Counted from the first letter of the stretch, positions 37,669-48,580 are shown. The stretch: 56,984 nucleotides of DNA from Pirellula sp. (GCA_043757575.1 JAYVPE010000367.1:1-56984), one strand, 5' to 3'. Numbers and translations: made by a program. Notes: a model not told the origin generated them from the letters alone.

Positions 37669-40600
37669 GTGATGGAGTCGCGAACGAGGGCAGAAGTAAG
37701 CACGGACTTGATGGCACACAACGACAATGACAAGGAGGCAATCAAAAGTTCTAGGGCCTGGTGGCTTATTCCGATATTGGCTGTAGCGAGCGTGGTGACT
37801 ATCACTGCCCTCGCTCTCTTTCTACCGCATCCATACGGGATTGCGATTCTGCTCTTGGCTCTGGCTGTGTTGGTCGGTGCCGTCATCTTCAACCCCATTT
37901 ATCGCTATAAACTGGCGTATAACGCGATCATCGCAAGTTGGCTTTCGGTTCGAAGTATTCCAAGCATCGAGGTCTGGAACCCGAAAATCAAAGACACTCT
38001 TCTCTTTCGGCTTTCAAGCGAGGTCAATTGGTCTTTCGACATCGCCTGTGCGGCGATTGCATGTGCTCTGCTGACTTTTGACTTTCTGGTTCGCCAAGGA
38101 AAAGCTCCAAACTTGTCCGGCAACATTTTTAAGTGGCGTCTATTCTCAAAAAACGAATCCCCCAAAGTTGATGCTGGCGGGCAGCAAGTGAATGTTGGCG
38201 ATGTCACTGGGAGCAATAATCAATTCAATTTTTCTCTGACAAATTCGGTCTCCGACTTCAATGCCGAAATCGATGTGGCAGCGTCATACCTCAAGGACTC
38301 GAGACCAGAACTCGCCATCGAAAAGCTCCGAGAGCTCAAACGCCGTCATTGGGAAAAGATGAGTGATCGCGAAAGATTTCGCGTGACGGCCAACCTTGGA
38401 AATGCATTCAATCAAAAAGACGAATGTTCTACCGCTGCGGATTACTACTTCGAAGCAATTCAGCATCAGACAGAAGGAGAAGAATCGCAGTCGCTTGAAG
38501 CTACCGCATACTTCCTTCAGGGTAAACACGAAGAAGCAATTCGTTGTGCAAAGAAATGTTTGCAGAGCTTTCCGGGTAATTTGACATCCCATGCCGTTCT
38601 TATCCGAGCGGCGTCCGAGACGGTAGAAACAGATACGCTAACGAATTCTGTTCCAAGTCATTTGCGAAGGTCGCTTGAGGTTCTTGATGCACTTTTTCTT
38701 CATGCATCGAGAAGGAAAGAATATAAACACGCCGAGACATTGGCCAGACACCTAGTGGGCCTTGACCACAGTCGTCAACATGCCAAGATGCGTCTCGGAT
38801 CAATCCTCGCTAGTAAATCAATCGACGGTAAGCTTGGGCGCATTTCATGTTCTAGCGACGAAGTTCGCAAGCTCGCCACTGAAGCTATTTCCTTACTTAC
38901 AGAGTTCATAGCAGGCGAGACGCCAAGCAAATTCTTAGCGGGCTATTCCAAGTATCACCGCGCATTAGCATATGAAGCGGTTGATAAAAATGATGAAGCA
39001 GAAGCGGATTTGCGATCCGCCTGTGAAACTCTTCCAAATGATCATGTTATCCGATATCAACTTGGCGTATTCCTAGTCAGTCATGACAAAAACGACCTCG
39101 CCATCGAGCACTTCGAAAACCGCGAATCACCGATTTCCCTTTCTCATGACAAGGTCCTTCTATCAAGGCTCCTATTGGGACGCAAAAAAGCTGGGGATCT
39201 AGATAGGATTTGTGCGATTCTCACGGAGGCGTTACAAGCTGACGACGGAGAGGATGCCAGACTTACCTTTGAGGCGCTTCTGACACTGGCAGAAGCACGA
39301 GGCCTACAAGGCAAAACTACCGAAGCGGAGGAATCAATTGCAAAGTACGGCAAGGCATTGCCGCTTTCGTATCTCCACACATTGAAAGGATCGTGCTACG
39401 CGAGAGCAAACGATTTTTCAAATGCAAATCTCAATGCAACTATCGCCAAAAAAAACCTAGTGGCTACGACCGAGCTTTTGGTTCGATATAAGCTCGGTGA
39501 ATTGTTTGCACGCTTGAATAAACATGCTGAAGCTGTTGAGGTATACAAGACAATTGACAACCTAAACGTGTTCATCGAGGCAATCGAACTTGTTCTCGAA
39601 TCGGCATGGAAGGTGGAGGACTATAAGTTCATTCTGAGTGTTTGTGAGTCGGCAAGGCTGAAGGGGCAATCTTCAATTCCAATTTGTGAGTTTGAGATCG
39701 CCACCTTAGAGCGATTGAATGAGCTTCCGCTTGCAGTTCAACGAATCGACGAATGCCTTGCGAATTTTGATGACGACAGATTTCTTCGAAAAATTCGTCT
39801 TCGAAAAGCAGTCATTGGAAAAATGTCGCAAAATCCCGCATTACTGAGATTCGATCCAAACTTGCTCCCATCGGTCTCGGATAGCGAAATTGGCGAGGCG
39901 TGCAATACAGCGCTAATCCTGGCTGATGGACCGGACCCATGGCTAGGCATTAAATACGCATACGAACTTGTTCGAACTCGTTTCGATGAGCCAAAATCGC
40001 ATCAGTGTCTGCTATCGATTGCGGGTCCTGCAACGGGCATTCATTTTCCGACTCACGTTGCCGTAGAGATCGGCTGTGCAGTCTCTTATTTAGATGGCGA
40101 TGACACAGTACCAAAGTGGATAATTCTCGAAGATGGTGCCAATCCTTCTCCGAGTAGATCCGAACAATCTCCAAGTTCGGAGATTGCCAGAGAACTGCTC
40201 GGGAAAAAAATTGGCGACCAGTTTTACGTCCGTAGAGGAATACAAGATCGCTTTGGTATCATACAGGAGATTGTTGGGAAGATTGCCTTTCGCGTTCGAG
40301 ATTCATTTCTCAACTGGGAGGAACGCTTTCGAGATGTGCAATTCATACAGGCTTTTCAATTCAAGAAGCATAAGAATGGCGACTTAGATGTAGAGGACTT
40401 TTTAGCGACGCTGTCGCGCCTTGATGAACCCCGTCATGAAGTTGAGTCCCTTTATCGTCGTGAGCCGCTTTCTATTGGTATGTTCTCGAAACTTATGCGC
40501 CGGCCGCTGCTTGATTCGATCGGTTATCTCGCAAATCATTCGGACTTGCCAATTCGCTGTTGTTTAGGATCTGGAGAAGAATACGCGACTGCTCGCGCTG

Positions 40601-41580
40601 AACTTGATAGCAATAAATCCATCGTAATTGATCCGTCGGGGTTGGCCACAATCTTTTTGCTAGGCATTTGGGACCAACCCCATGAGCTTAAGTTGGGCAA
40701 TCGCTTCATGGTTTCGACAGGAACAATTGAGTGTTTCAGGGAGCTGTTGAAAAATCCGTTCTCGCCTATGTACTCAAGAATTCTAGGAAAGACTGTTCGC
40801 TCAGAGCAAGTGTGCGAGGTACGCACCGAAGACGACAAGCAGCGTACGACTAGAGCCATATTGGACTTCATCGGGTGGGTTGAACGCAACACATTTGCAA
40901 TTGGCGGAATTGGGCTCGCAGAGTTTACGATGGAACAGAGGTCCGCGTTAAGTGAACTTTTCGACTCAGCGACGATTGAGTCACTGGGCGCTGCTATTTC
41001 TCGAAAAGCAATCTTGTGGACCGATGATTTTGCCATCGCGAGCAGTGGTTTTGTTGAGGGAATAGCTCTCCCCCCAAGAGTTTGGACTGCCGTAGTGGTC
41101 GAAAAGCTCTGTGCAAGCGGAGCGCTAACGTCAGACCAACGCTCGGAAGCATTGTTGAATCTGATCGGATTTGACTATCGTTTCACACGCCTAGACCAGG
41201 CTGTTTTTGAGCTCGCAATGAAGAAGGGCCGTTGGAACCCGATCGAAGGCTCGCTTGCTGATATTCTTCGGTGGATTGCCTTTTCGGGAGTTAGCGAGGA
41301 GGGCGCTATGCAAACCGCATTAGAGATCATTCGCAGTGTTTGGGCTCAAGCGCTGCTTGCACATCAACGAAGCGAAGTAGCGGCGGCAACTACGAAAGCG
41401 TTGGGACAAAGACCAGATGCGGTTGCGGTTCTGCAAAAAGTCGAGCAGTCGCTTCCGAGAATTTTCAGATTGGACGTGACGGCAATCAATGAATGTAGAA
41501 AGCTAATAAGAATTGAACTCGCCTATCAATTAAGGGGAAAGGCACTTGTACTCCCCGATGATCCAGATTGGCCCGGATAG
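37669..41580 (+). CDS. Membrane-anchored TPR / GreAB-C-like / PIN domain protein
   Basis: N-terminal TM helices, long TPR-like helical region, SPSSEIARELLGKKIGDQF (GreA/B C-terminal-like), and IVIDPSGL...LWTDD (PIN-like acidic motifs). Confidence 0.75.
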   Translation: MMESRTRAEVSTDLMAHNDNDKEAIKSSRAWWLIPILAVASVVTITALALFLPHPYGIAILLLALAVLVGAVIFNPIYRYKLAYNAIIASWLSVRSIPSIEVWNPKIKDTLLFRLSSEVNWSFDIACAAIACALLTFDFLVRQGKAPNLSGNIFKWRLFSKNESPKVDAGGQQVNVGDVTGSNNQFNFSLTNSVSDFNAEIDVAASYLKDSRPELAIEKLRELKRRHWEKMSDRERFRVTANLGNAFNQKDECSTAADYYFEAIQHQTEGEESQSLEATAYFLQGKHEEAIRCAKKCLQSFPGNLTSHAVLIRAASETVETDTLTNSVPSHLRRSLEVLDALFLHASRRKEYKHAETLARHLVGLDHSRQHAKMRLGSILASKSIDGKLGRISCSSDEVRKLATEAISLLTEFIAGETPSKFLAGYSKYHRALAYEAVDKNDEAEADLRSACETLPNDHVIRYQLGVFLVSHDKNDLAIEHFENRESPISLSHDKVLLSRLLLGRKKAGDLDRICAILTEALQADDGEDARLTFEALLTLAEARGLQGKTTEAEESIAKYGKALPLSYLHTLKGSCYARANDFSNANLNATIAKKNLVATTELLVRYKLGELFARLNKHAEAVEVYKTIDNLNVFIEAIELVLESAWKVEDYKFILSVCESARLKGQSSIPICEFEIATLERLNELPLAVQRIDECLANFDDDRFLRKIRLRKAVIGKMSQNPALLRFDPNLLPSVSDSEIGEACNTALILADGPDPWLGIKYAYELVRTRFDEPKSHQCLLSIAGPATGIHFPTHVAVEIGCAVSYLDGDDTVPKWIILEDGANPSPSRSEQSPSSEIARELLGKKIGDQFYVRRGIQDRFGIIQEIVGKIAFRVRDSFLNWEERFRDVQFIQAFQFKKHKNGDLDVEDFLATLSRLDEPRHEVESLYRREPLSIGMFSKLMRRPLLDSIGYLANHSDLPIRCCLGSGEEYATARAELDSNKSIVIDPSGLATIFLLGIWDQPHELKLGNRFMVSTGTIECFRELLKNPFSPMYSRILGKTVRSEQVCEVRTEDDKQRTTRAILDFIGWVERNTFAIGGIGLAEFTMEQRSALSELFDSATIESLGAAISRKAILWTDDFAIASSGFVEGIALPPRVWTAVVVEKLCASGALTSDQRSEALLNLIGFDYRFTRLDQAVFELAMKKGRWNPIEGSLADILRWIAFSGVSEEGAMQTALEIIRSVWAQALLAHQRSEVAAATTKALGQRPDAVAVLQKVEQSLPRIFRLDVTAINECRKLIRIELAYQLRGKALVLPDDPDWPG

Positions 41581-41615
41581 TACCTATGAGACCATACTTC
41601 AATAGTTTAACTGCC

Positions 41616-41834
41616 TCAGCCTTTTATCGTGTTCAGTGGAGCAATCTTGTGTTCTTTACAAAGCAAATCAATCTGACGCAGCGCCAGCTTCGAAGGGGCT
41701 GTCCATCCATTCTCCCAGCGGTTTACGGTTGCGAAACTGACCCCAAGAGCCTCGGCCATTGCTTCTTGTGTGAGGTGCAGACGTTCACGAAGTGCCTTCA
41801 CACTAGCGCCGAAATCATTTGTCAATTTGGCCAT
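41616..41834 (-). CDS. XRE-family HTH regulator
   Basis: LRERLHLTQEAMAEALGVSFATVNRWENG. Confidence 0.92.
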   Translation of the reverse strand: MAKLTNDFGASVKALRERLHLTQEAMAEALGVSFATVNRWENGWTAPSKLALRQIDLLCKEHKIAPLNTIKG

Positions 41835-41959
41835 ACGCCAGTCTCCTAATAAAACTGGGGGAACTTGGTGTGGGCTTACCCTGGGATGACTCCCAGAGTC
41901 GATTCAGAGTATAACATGTGCGATAGTGATTGTCTCCACTGGCGGAAAGTGAGTAGTTT

Positions 41960-42841
41960 GTGACACCAAAAGATGCGGCCAAATCGATCGAAGAGAAACT
42001 GAAGAATGCCAGTGGCAAGCCCGTGTTGGTTCAGCGCGATCCTAAGTGTTCCGGGCACGCGTCAATCAAGATCGCATCAGACGAAGATTCCGCCCACGTT
42101 CTACGGTACAAACCAGAGCTTGAGTTCGACAGCCCTGGCGGGTTGCCTCTTGGCATCACGCTCGAGAACATCTTGGACCGACAGAACCCCCGTAATCGTC
42201 GAATTGCTGAGATCTTGACGAAGTGCGGGTTAGTCGAGCGCTCGGGTCAAGGAATGAATTTGATCTATGAGGAGTTAATCAAACAAAGCAAGCCCGTTCC
42301 TGACTTTGCAAGAACAGACCAGTATCAATTTGGGCTTACTCTACACGGTACGATTGAGAATCCAGCCTTCATTCGATTCGTTGAGAAAGTTGGTAAGGAA
42401 ACCACAGCTTTCTTCGACGCTCATGACTGGATGATATTTGCTGCTGCAGCCAAAGGTGAAAAGGCTCCAAAGGGATAAGAGACGAGAATCCACCGATTGT
42501 TGGATCTTGGAGTGATCGAGAAAGGCAAAGCCAGAACCCTGATGCTTTCAAGACGTTTCTACGAGTTTACCGGGCAGAAGGGTGTCTACACCCGCAAGAA
42601 AGGATTGGATCGCGAACAAAACCTCGAATTACTTTTAATGCACATCCGAGAACAATCGTCACAAGGCGCAAAGTTGGAAGATCTATGTCAGGTGCTTTCC
42701 GCGCTCAAACCAACCCATGTTCAATCACTCGTCAGGACCTTGCAAAAACGCAGCTTGATCCACGTTGTCGGCGCGAAAAAATATGGTCGTTGGTTTCCGG
42801 GCTCCAGCAGCATTGAATCGCAGACGAAACGTACCGAATGA
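41960..42841 (+). pseudogene. Chimeric, stop-interrupted HATPase_c_4/HTH gene remnant
   Basis: About 55 unrelated codons are joined to SPGGLP...PRNRRIAE...VERSGQG. ORFs 41960-42478 and 42497-42841 are in the same frame, separated by TAA at 42476-42478. Confidence 0.75.
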
Positions 42842-42849
42842 CTCAATTC

Positions 42850-42990
42850 ACGTATATACGACGTATAGACGACGTATACGATTGTTCCAATCCAATTCGC
42901 AAGTCCTTTTCTACCAACGTTTTGCAGCAACGCTTCCTTTAAGCTTTTTCCGAAAATGACGTAACGAATGACGTAATGAATGACGCAATT
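42850..42990. repeat. Tandem 11-mer and 12-mer arrays around an imperfect palindrome
   Basis: ACGTATA(T/G)ACG x about 3 (42850-42881), TCGCAAGTCCTT...TTTGCA (42897-42926) and AATGACG(T/C)AA.. x3 (42955-42990). Confidence 0.7.
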
Positions 42991-43096
42991 GTTGACAAAT
43001 CGATTTCGACCCTCGTTTTGGAACCCTGCGTTTCCCGCGATGGGAATTGTTTAAAGTAATTGACACCGCAACCGTCCCAAATGCAAGGAAATAGGC

Positions 43097-46000
43097 GTGC
43101 CGCAATCCCAACCATCCCAACACCAGCTACGTGCCGAACTTGAAAACATGGTTCTCGGCGATCTGCTCGGGCCAGCCGGCGGTGAACACGAGGAGCTGAC
43201 CGAACGAACCGTTCGAGATCGATACTTGGTTGGAGTACTTGCACCCAGCCGCGGTGCTGTCACAAAAGACAAACAGAATGGTTCGAATTCTAGCGACTCG
43301 ACGTTAGCAGACGACGAAGACGATGAGGAGATCCCATCCATTCCCGATGAACTTTCCGATGGGGGGTGCGATACCGCCGACGATGGGAAGACCGATGTCG
43401 ACACGCCCGTCACCGTTGCACACCTGCCATCCACTTTGGGAATGACTTTTTGTGTAGAAGCGGAGGCAACTTCATTCAAAGTCAGCGGATCCTGGGGCCA
43501 ATACAAACGCGAAAAACAAGAGGACAAAACCGACCACAATGGCAAAGCTCTTCTCGTTTGGAAGCGATATCCTCGTGGGGGCACGATCGACATACCCTTG
43601 AAAAGCGGGACGATTAAAGCAACGGCACCAGATCCTGAGTTCCCTGATATCTATGTTCAAGGCCAGATTCGCAAGCGGAACACTCACTATGTCGTCACAC
43701 TGTTCCTAATCAACGCTCAAGAGGAACTGCGACCGAAGGATGAATATCACATTTTCCAACCCAAGCTCATCGCAAGTGGACATGATGAACAAGCCGTTTT
43801 CTGCAAACGCGCGACCGTTGGCTCTAACAACGATCTCGAAGAAAGGCTCATGGCGATGCTCTATCGGCATCAAGTTGAAATCGCAGTGGGACATGGCGTA
43901 AGCGTTCATGCTGAAGTATCCAGGGATATTTCTGATCGTGCCATGAGCATCGAATCGGTGATCGTGCCGACCTATGAGGTGCCTCGTACCGCGCCACCAA
44001 CCGAAGAAGATGCAAACGAGAACCCAGCCTTTGGCAAACTCGCTGGGTTGGTGCTCGACATGAAGTTTATGGCCGAGGCGGATGCAAAGAAACTCGCAAC
44101 GATGCTTGAGCCACTGGTCACGGCTTATAAGGATTGGATCCAACGGGAAGAATCCAAACTCAGCGATCCCACACAAGGACTGGTGCAATTTGGTGATGCA
44201 AGCCGCGTTGCAATCGATAATTGCCGATTGACCCTCAATCGAATCGAAAGTGGCCTGAAACTACTACTCAAAGACCCAAAAGCATTTGAGTCTTTTCAAT
44301 TCATGAATCGAGCGATGTGGTTACAGCGAACTCATTCCATTTATGCGGAACGAGTTCGCAGGGGTGAACAGCCGGATTTTGATAACGACATTGACAAACC
44401 TGCGAATCGCAGCTGGCGACCATTTCAGATCGCTTTTATTCTGCTCAATCTGCCAGGTGTGACCGAACTCGATCACCCGGAACGTGGTGTTGGTCCCGAG
44501 GCGATAGCGGACCTGCTGTTCTTTCCCACAGGTGGTGGTAAGACAGAAGCCTACTTAGGATTATCCGCCTACACGATGGGACTGCGGCGATTGCAGGGGA
44601 CCGTTGCCGGACGGATCGGCGATGAGGGGATTTCCGTATTGATGCGGTACACTTTGCGGCTTCTTACCATCCAACAGTTTCAGCGGGCAACGGCGCTCAT
44701 TTGTGCTTGTGAGTCGATTCGTAGGAAAGCACTTGAACGTGGCGACAAACGCTGGGGTACTACTCCGTTTCGAATTGGGCTATGGGTGGGCCGCAAGACG
44801 ACTCCTAACCGTACCGATGACGCTGTCGAAGCCATCAAACAAGCGAGAGGCAATCAGTTTGTTGCCGGCGGAATTGGCACGCCCTACCAGCTTACTGCCT
44901 GTCCATGGTGCGGAAGTGCCATCGAAGCGGGAAAACACTTCGATGCCAAACCCTACCCGCATGGTTCAGCTCGGACTCTAATGTTTTGCGGCGACAAGTT
45001 TGGCCAATGCCTTTTTAGCAAACGCCAAGCTGCAGACGAAGGATTGCCGGTCGTGGTAGTAGATGAGGAAATCTATCGTCGTCTTCCGTCGATGCTAATC
45101 GCGACCGTAGACAAGTTTGCACAGATGCCTTGGAAGGGAGAGGTGCAAATGCTCTTTGGGCAGGTGAATGGCTTTTGCGAACGACACGGCTTCAAATCGC
45201 CCGACTTGGAGGATTCGACTTTCCACCCACGATCCAAACTGGGTTTACCATCAGCAAGACTCGTGGAACATGGACCTCTTCGCCCGCCCGATTTGATTAT
45301 TCAGGACGAATTGCATTTGATTAGCGGTCCGCTGGGAACGCTTGTTGGTCTATACGAAACTGCCATCGACAAGCTCTGTACCTGGGAGGTGAACGGCAAG
45401 CAAGTACGTCCAAAGTTGATTGCATCAACGGCAACGATTAAGAATGCCGATGTTCAAGTTCGTAGCTTGTTCTTGCGAACTGTCAATATTTTTCCGCCAC
45501 CCGGACTCGACGTAAGAGACAATTTCTTTTCTGTCCAACGCGAACCAACCGAAGAGGAATTCGGCAGAAGGTATCTCGGAATCTGTGCGCCCGGGCGTCG
45601 ATTGAAAGCGGCTTTGATCCGTGTTTACGTTGCTTACCTTTGCTCGGCTCAATTGTTGTATGAAAAGTATGGCAATCCGATCGATCCATGGATGACGCTT
45701 GTCGGCTATTTCAACTCGATGCGAGAGCTGGGTGGTATGAGGCGTCTCGTCGATGATGCGATCACTTCACTGTGCAGCAAACAAGACCGTCGAGGACTGG
45801 CAAAGCGAAGACTGTATAACGATGGACTTGCTGAGTTAACAAGTCGAATACGGTCCGAGGAGATACCACAAATTCTCGACCGACTCGAATCGGGGTTCGA
45901 TCCCGAACTCGAGGAGAAACGCAGAGAGGCATTCAAAACAAAGGATTACAAAAGCATTCCCAAGAAGCCTTTGGACGTTTTGCTCGCTACAAACATGATT

Positions 46001-46732
46001 TCAGTCGGGGTGGACGTGAAACGATTGGGGCTGAAGGTGGTTGCAGGACAGCCTAAGGCCACAGCGGAATACATTCAGGCGACGAGCCGCGTCGGTCGTT
46101 CTTTCCCTGGATTGGTTTGTACCGTTTTCAATTGGGCAAGACCTCGCGACCTTTCGCATTACGAGTGCTTTGAGCACTATCATTCTTCATTCTACAAACA
46201 TGTTGAGCCACTTTCTGTCACGCCGTTCTCGCCTGGAGCCTTGCAACGGGGATTATCCGGGCTGTTGGTTTCATTGGTGCGTTTGCGTAGTGCTGAGTTC
46301 AATACGAACGAAGCTGCGTCACGCATCACCACCAGCAATCCCTATGTTCAAGACGCGATTGAAACCATCGCTAGGCGAGCGGAATTGATTGGTGATGGCA
46401 CGAAGACTGGAGACTTTTGCCGTGCAGAACTTCTCAGCAAAGCCGACCTGTGGCAAGCTGAGGCACAAAACACAACCGGCGGTCGAACGCTGACCTATAC
46501 GGAGTCCTATGGGGCAGATGGTCCAAAGAAAGGGACAACTGTAAAGCTGCTTCAAAGTCCTGGAATGGAGAAGTGGGAGGAATTTACTTGCCTCAATTCG
46601 CTACGCGAAGTCGAACCGTCTGTGAAATTCATTATTAGCGATGGGGGGCTCGATGAGGTTAGCGGCGATGCCACGCCAGACGAGTTGAAAACCGACTTGG
46701 CAGCACCGACAATCGAAGGAGTGCAAGCATGA
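43097..46732 (+). CDS. drmA: DISARM helicase DrmA
   Basis: DLLGP...YLVGVLAP N-terminus, WRPFQ, FPTGGGKTEAY, MRYTLRLLT, QDELHLI and QATSRVGR motifs; followed by a DUF1998 gene. Confidence 0.92.
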   Translation: MPQSQPSQHQLRAELENMVLGDLLGPAGGEHEELTERTVRDRYLVGVLAPSRGAVTKDKQNGSNSSDSTLADDEDDEEIPSIPDELSDGGCDTADDGKTDVDTPVTVAHLPSTLGMTFCVEAEATSFKVSGSWGQYKREKQEDKTDHNGKALLVWKRYPRGGTIDIPLKSGTIKATAPDPEFPDIYVQGQIRKRNTHYVVTLFLINAQEELRPKDEYHIFQPKLIASGHDEQAVFCKRATVGSNNDLEERLMAMLYRHQVEIAVGHGVSVHAEVSRDISDRAMSIESVIVPTYEVPRTAPPTEEDANENPAFGKLAGLVLDMKFMAEADAKKLATMLEPLVTAYKDWIQREESKLSDPTQGLVQFGDASRVAIDNCRLTLNRIESGLKLLLKDPKAFESFQFMNRAMWLQRTHSIYAERVRRGEQPDFDNDIDKPANRSWRPFQIAFILLNLPGVTELDHPERGVGPEAIADLLFFPTGGGKTEAYLGLSAYTMGLRRLQGTVAGRIGDEGISVLMRYTLRLLTIQQFQRATALICACESIRRKALERGDKRWGTTPFRIGLWVGRKTTPNRTDDAVEAIKQARGNQFVAGGIGTPYQLTACPWCGSAIEAGKHFDAKPYPHGSARTLMFCGDKFGQCLFSKRQAADEGLPVVVVDEEIYRRLPSMLIATVDKFAQMPWKGEVQMLFGQVNGFCERHGFKSPDLEDSTFHPRSKLGLPSARLVEHGPLRPPDLIIQDELHLISGPLGTLVGLYETAIDKLCTWEVNGKQVRPKLIASTATIKNADVQVRSLFLRTVNIFPPPGLDVRDNFFSVQREPTEEEFGRRYLGICAPGRRLKAALIRVYVAYLCSAQLLYEKYGNPIDPWMTLVGYFNSMRELGGMRRLVDDAITSLCSKQDRRGLAKRRLYNDGLAELTSRIRSEEIPQILDRLESGFDPELEEKRREAFKTKDYKSIPKKPLDVLLATNMISVGVDVKRLGLKVVAGQPKATAEYIQATSRVGRSFPGLVCTVFNWARPRDLSHYECFEHYHSSFYKHVEPLSVTPFSPGALQRGLSGLLVSLVRLRSAEFNTNEAASRITTSNPYVQDAIETIARRAELIGDGTKTGDFCRAELLSKADLWQAEAQNTTGGRTLTYTESYGADGPKKGTTVKLLQSPGMEKWEEFTCLNSLREVEPSVKFIISDGGLDEVSGDATPDELKTDLAAPTIEGVQA

Positions 46733-48576
46733 CAAACGGACACATGAAGAAGTCGGAAGTCGGAGAGGTTCGACCAAGCCAAACGATTACAACATACGGA
46801 ATCGGCTCGCTGGTCGATCTTCCGAATATGTCTGTGATAGTTATGGGGCTGGATGACTGGCCCAGCGCGCATTCCACTGAGATTGCGGAAGAACGTTTGT
46901 TGCGATCCGCACAGTCGATTCTTGGGCCGAAGGTATCGAGATTCCTTACACCACCGCGCGGACCGGAATCGAAGGGATCGCAAACCAATTGGTTCGATGA
47001 GTCTCGGCAGATAGGAATACCGGTTGCGCCGTTTCCTCGATGGATGGTCTGTTCGAAATGCCGACTCATAGCTCCAATCAGTTCCGGACTTTTTGAGGCC
47101 AAAGTTTACCCGTATCGACCTGATAAAGCTTGCTTCGTCCACAATTGCACAACGCAGGGGCGATCGCCGATTGCTGTTCCGGCTCGCTTTTTGGTAACAT
47201 GCGAACATGGCCACCTAGACGATTTTCCGTGGGCCCATTTCGTTCATCAGGGCAAGACTGATTGCAAGGGACTGCTGTACCTTTACGAGTTCGGGGCAAG
47301 TGGCGAAGCTCTAGATGTGGAGGTGAAGTGCGATGGATGTGGGTTACGCCGAAGATTGGGACAAGCGTTCGGACCGAACAATCGCAATGTGCTGCCTGCA
47401 TGCCGTGGCCGTCGACCGCATCTTCGCGATATTGATCCGAAGGGGTGCGATCAAGATCATATGAAGCCCATGCTACAAGGTGCCTCGAATCTTTGGTTTC
47501 CAGTTATTATATCGGCATTGTCTGTACCGCAGGCTACGGATGATCTTGGACGAATGGTTGAGGAGAACTGGGCTATACTCGACAAAGCTACGAGTCTAGA
47601 TGTGTTGAAGGCATTTCGGCTGATTGGCCAACTTAAAGACCTGATCAAGTATTCGGATGAACAAATTTGGGCAGCGATTCAAAAGCAGATTCAAGGCACC
47701 GATTTGGAAATGGAGGATCCAGACGATTTGAAGTCGCCTGAATGGGAAGTTTTTTCAAATCCAACGAAGGCAATGGAAAGTCGCACCTTCAAATTGCGTG
47801 TTGTCGAACCGCCGACTGACTACGCAAAATACTTTGAAAAAATCGTATTGGTTGAGAAGTTGAGGGAAGTCCGGGCCTTGGTTGGCTTCACTCGAATCAT
47901 GTCTCCAAGAGACTTTGATAACGCCGCTGAATTGCCTGCCGACAATCGTGCGGCAATATCTCGCAAAGATCCCACTTGGCTTCCAGCAAGCGAAACACGT
48001 GGCGAGGGGATCTTTTTTCAGTTCTCAGAAACTGCGATTCAAGCATGGGTAAAAGAAAACACTGCATACGATCGAGAGTTTGAACAAGGTCATCAAGCGT
48101 GGCGGATCAGCAAAAACCTCGATCCGAACGATGGATATCCTGGCATACGATATGTGATGATGCATACGTTTGCACATGCGTTGATACGACAACTCGCGAT
48201 TGAATGCGGGTACACCAGCGCCTCGATCACAGAGCGCATTTATTCCCGCAATCCAACTGACGGTGATCCGATGGCCGGCGTGCTAATTTATACGGCGGCT
48301 CCCGATAGCGAAGGAACATTGGGAGGTCTATGTGCCCTCGGTGAGCCTGACAAGCTTGGTCGCCACATTCGTCGAGCATTAGACAAAATGGGCCTTTGTG
48401 CGTCGGACCCTCTCTGTTCCGAACATAGGATCGGTGGAGGGGAAAAGCTCCATGGAGCATCGTGTCATGCCTGCTCTTTCATTCCCGAGACATCGTGTGA
48501 GCGCGGGAACAAGTACTTGGATCGATCCGCCCTGGTTCCAACATTCGAGCGAACCAACTTAGCCTTCTTCGGATGA
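46729..48576 (+). CDS. drmB: DISARM DUF1998 protein DrmB
   Basis: RPSQ..TTYG.GS, HGHLDDFPW, HTFAHALIRQ and CASDPLC...CHAC...CERGN motifs. Confidence 0.92.
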   Translation: MTNGHMKKSEVGEVRPSQTITTYGIGSLVDLPNMSVIVMGLDDWPSAHSTEIAEERLLRSAQSILGPKVSRFLTPPRGPESKGSQTNWFDESRQIGIPVAPFPRWMVCSKCRLIAPISSGLFEAKVYPYRPDKACFVHNCTTQGRSPIAVPARFLVTCEHGHLDDFPWAHFVHQGKTDCKGLLYLYEFGASGEALDVEVKCDGCGLRRRLGQAFGPNNRNVLPACRGRRPHLRDIDPKGCDQDHMKPMLQGASNLWFPVIISALSVPQATDDLGRMVEENWAILDKATSLDVLKAFRLIGQLKDLIKYSDEQIWAAIQKQIQGTDLEMEDPDDLKSPEWEVFSNPTKAMESRTFKLRVVEPPTDYAKYFEKIVLVEKLREVRALVGFTRIMSPRDFDNAAELPADNRAAISRKDPTWLPASETRGEGIFFQFSETAIQAWVKENTAYDREFEQGHQAWRISKNLDPNDGYPGIRYVMMHTFAHALIRQLAIECGYTSASITERIYSRNPTDGDPMAGVLIYTAAPDSEGTLGGLCALGEPDKLGRHIRRALDKMGLCASDPLCSEHRIGGGEKLHGASCHACSFIPETSCERGNKYLDRSALVPTFERTNLAFFG

Positions 48577-48580
48577 GAAC

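Noticed and set aside
42850-42990. Short arrays as a mini-CRISPR
   Set aside because: Units are 11-12 bp and contiguous, with no spacers and no cas genes.
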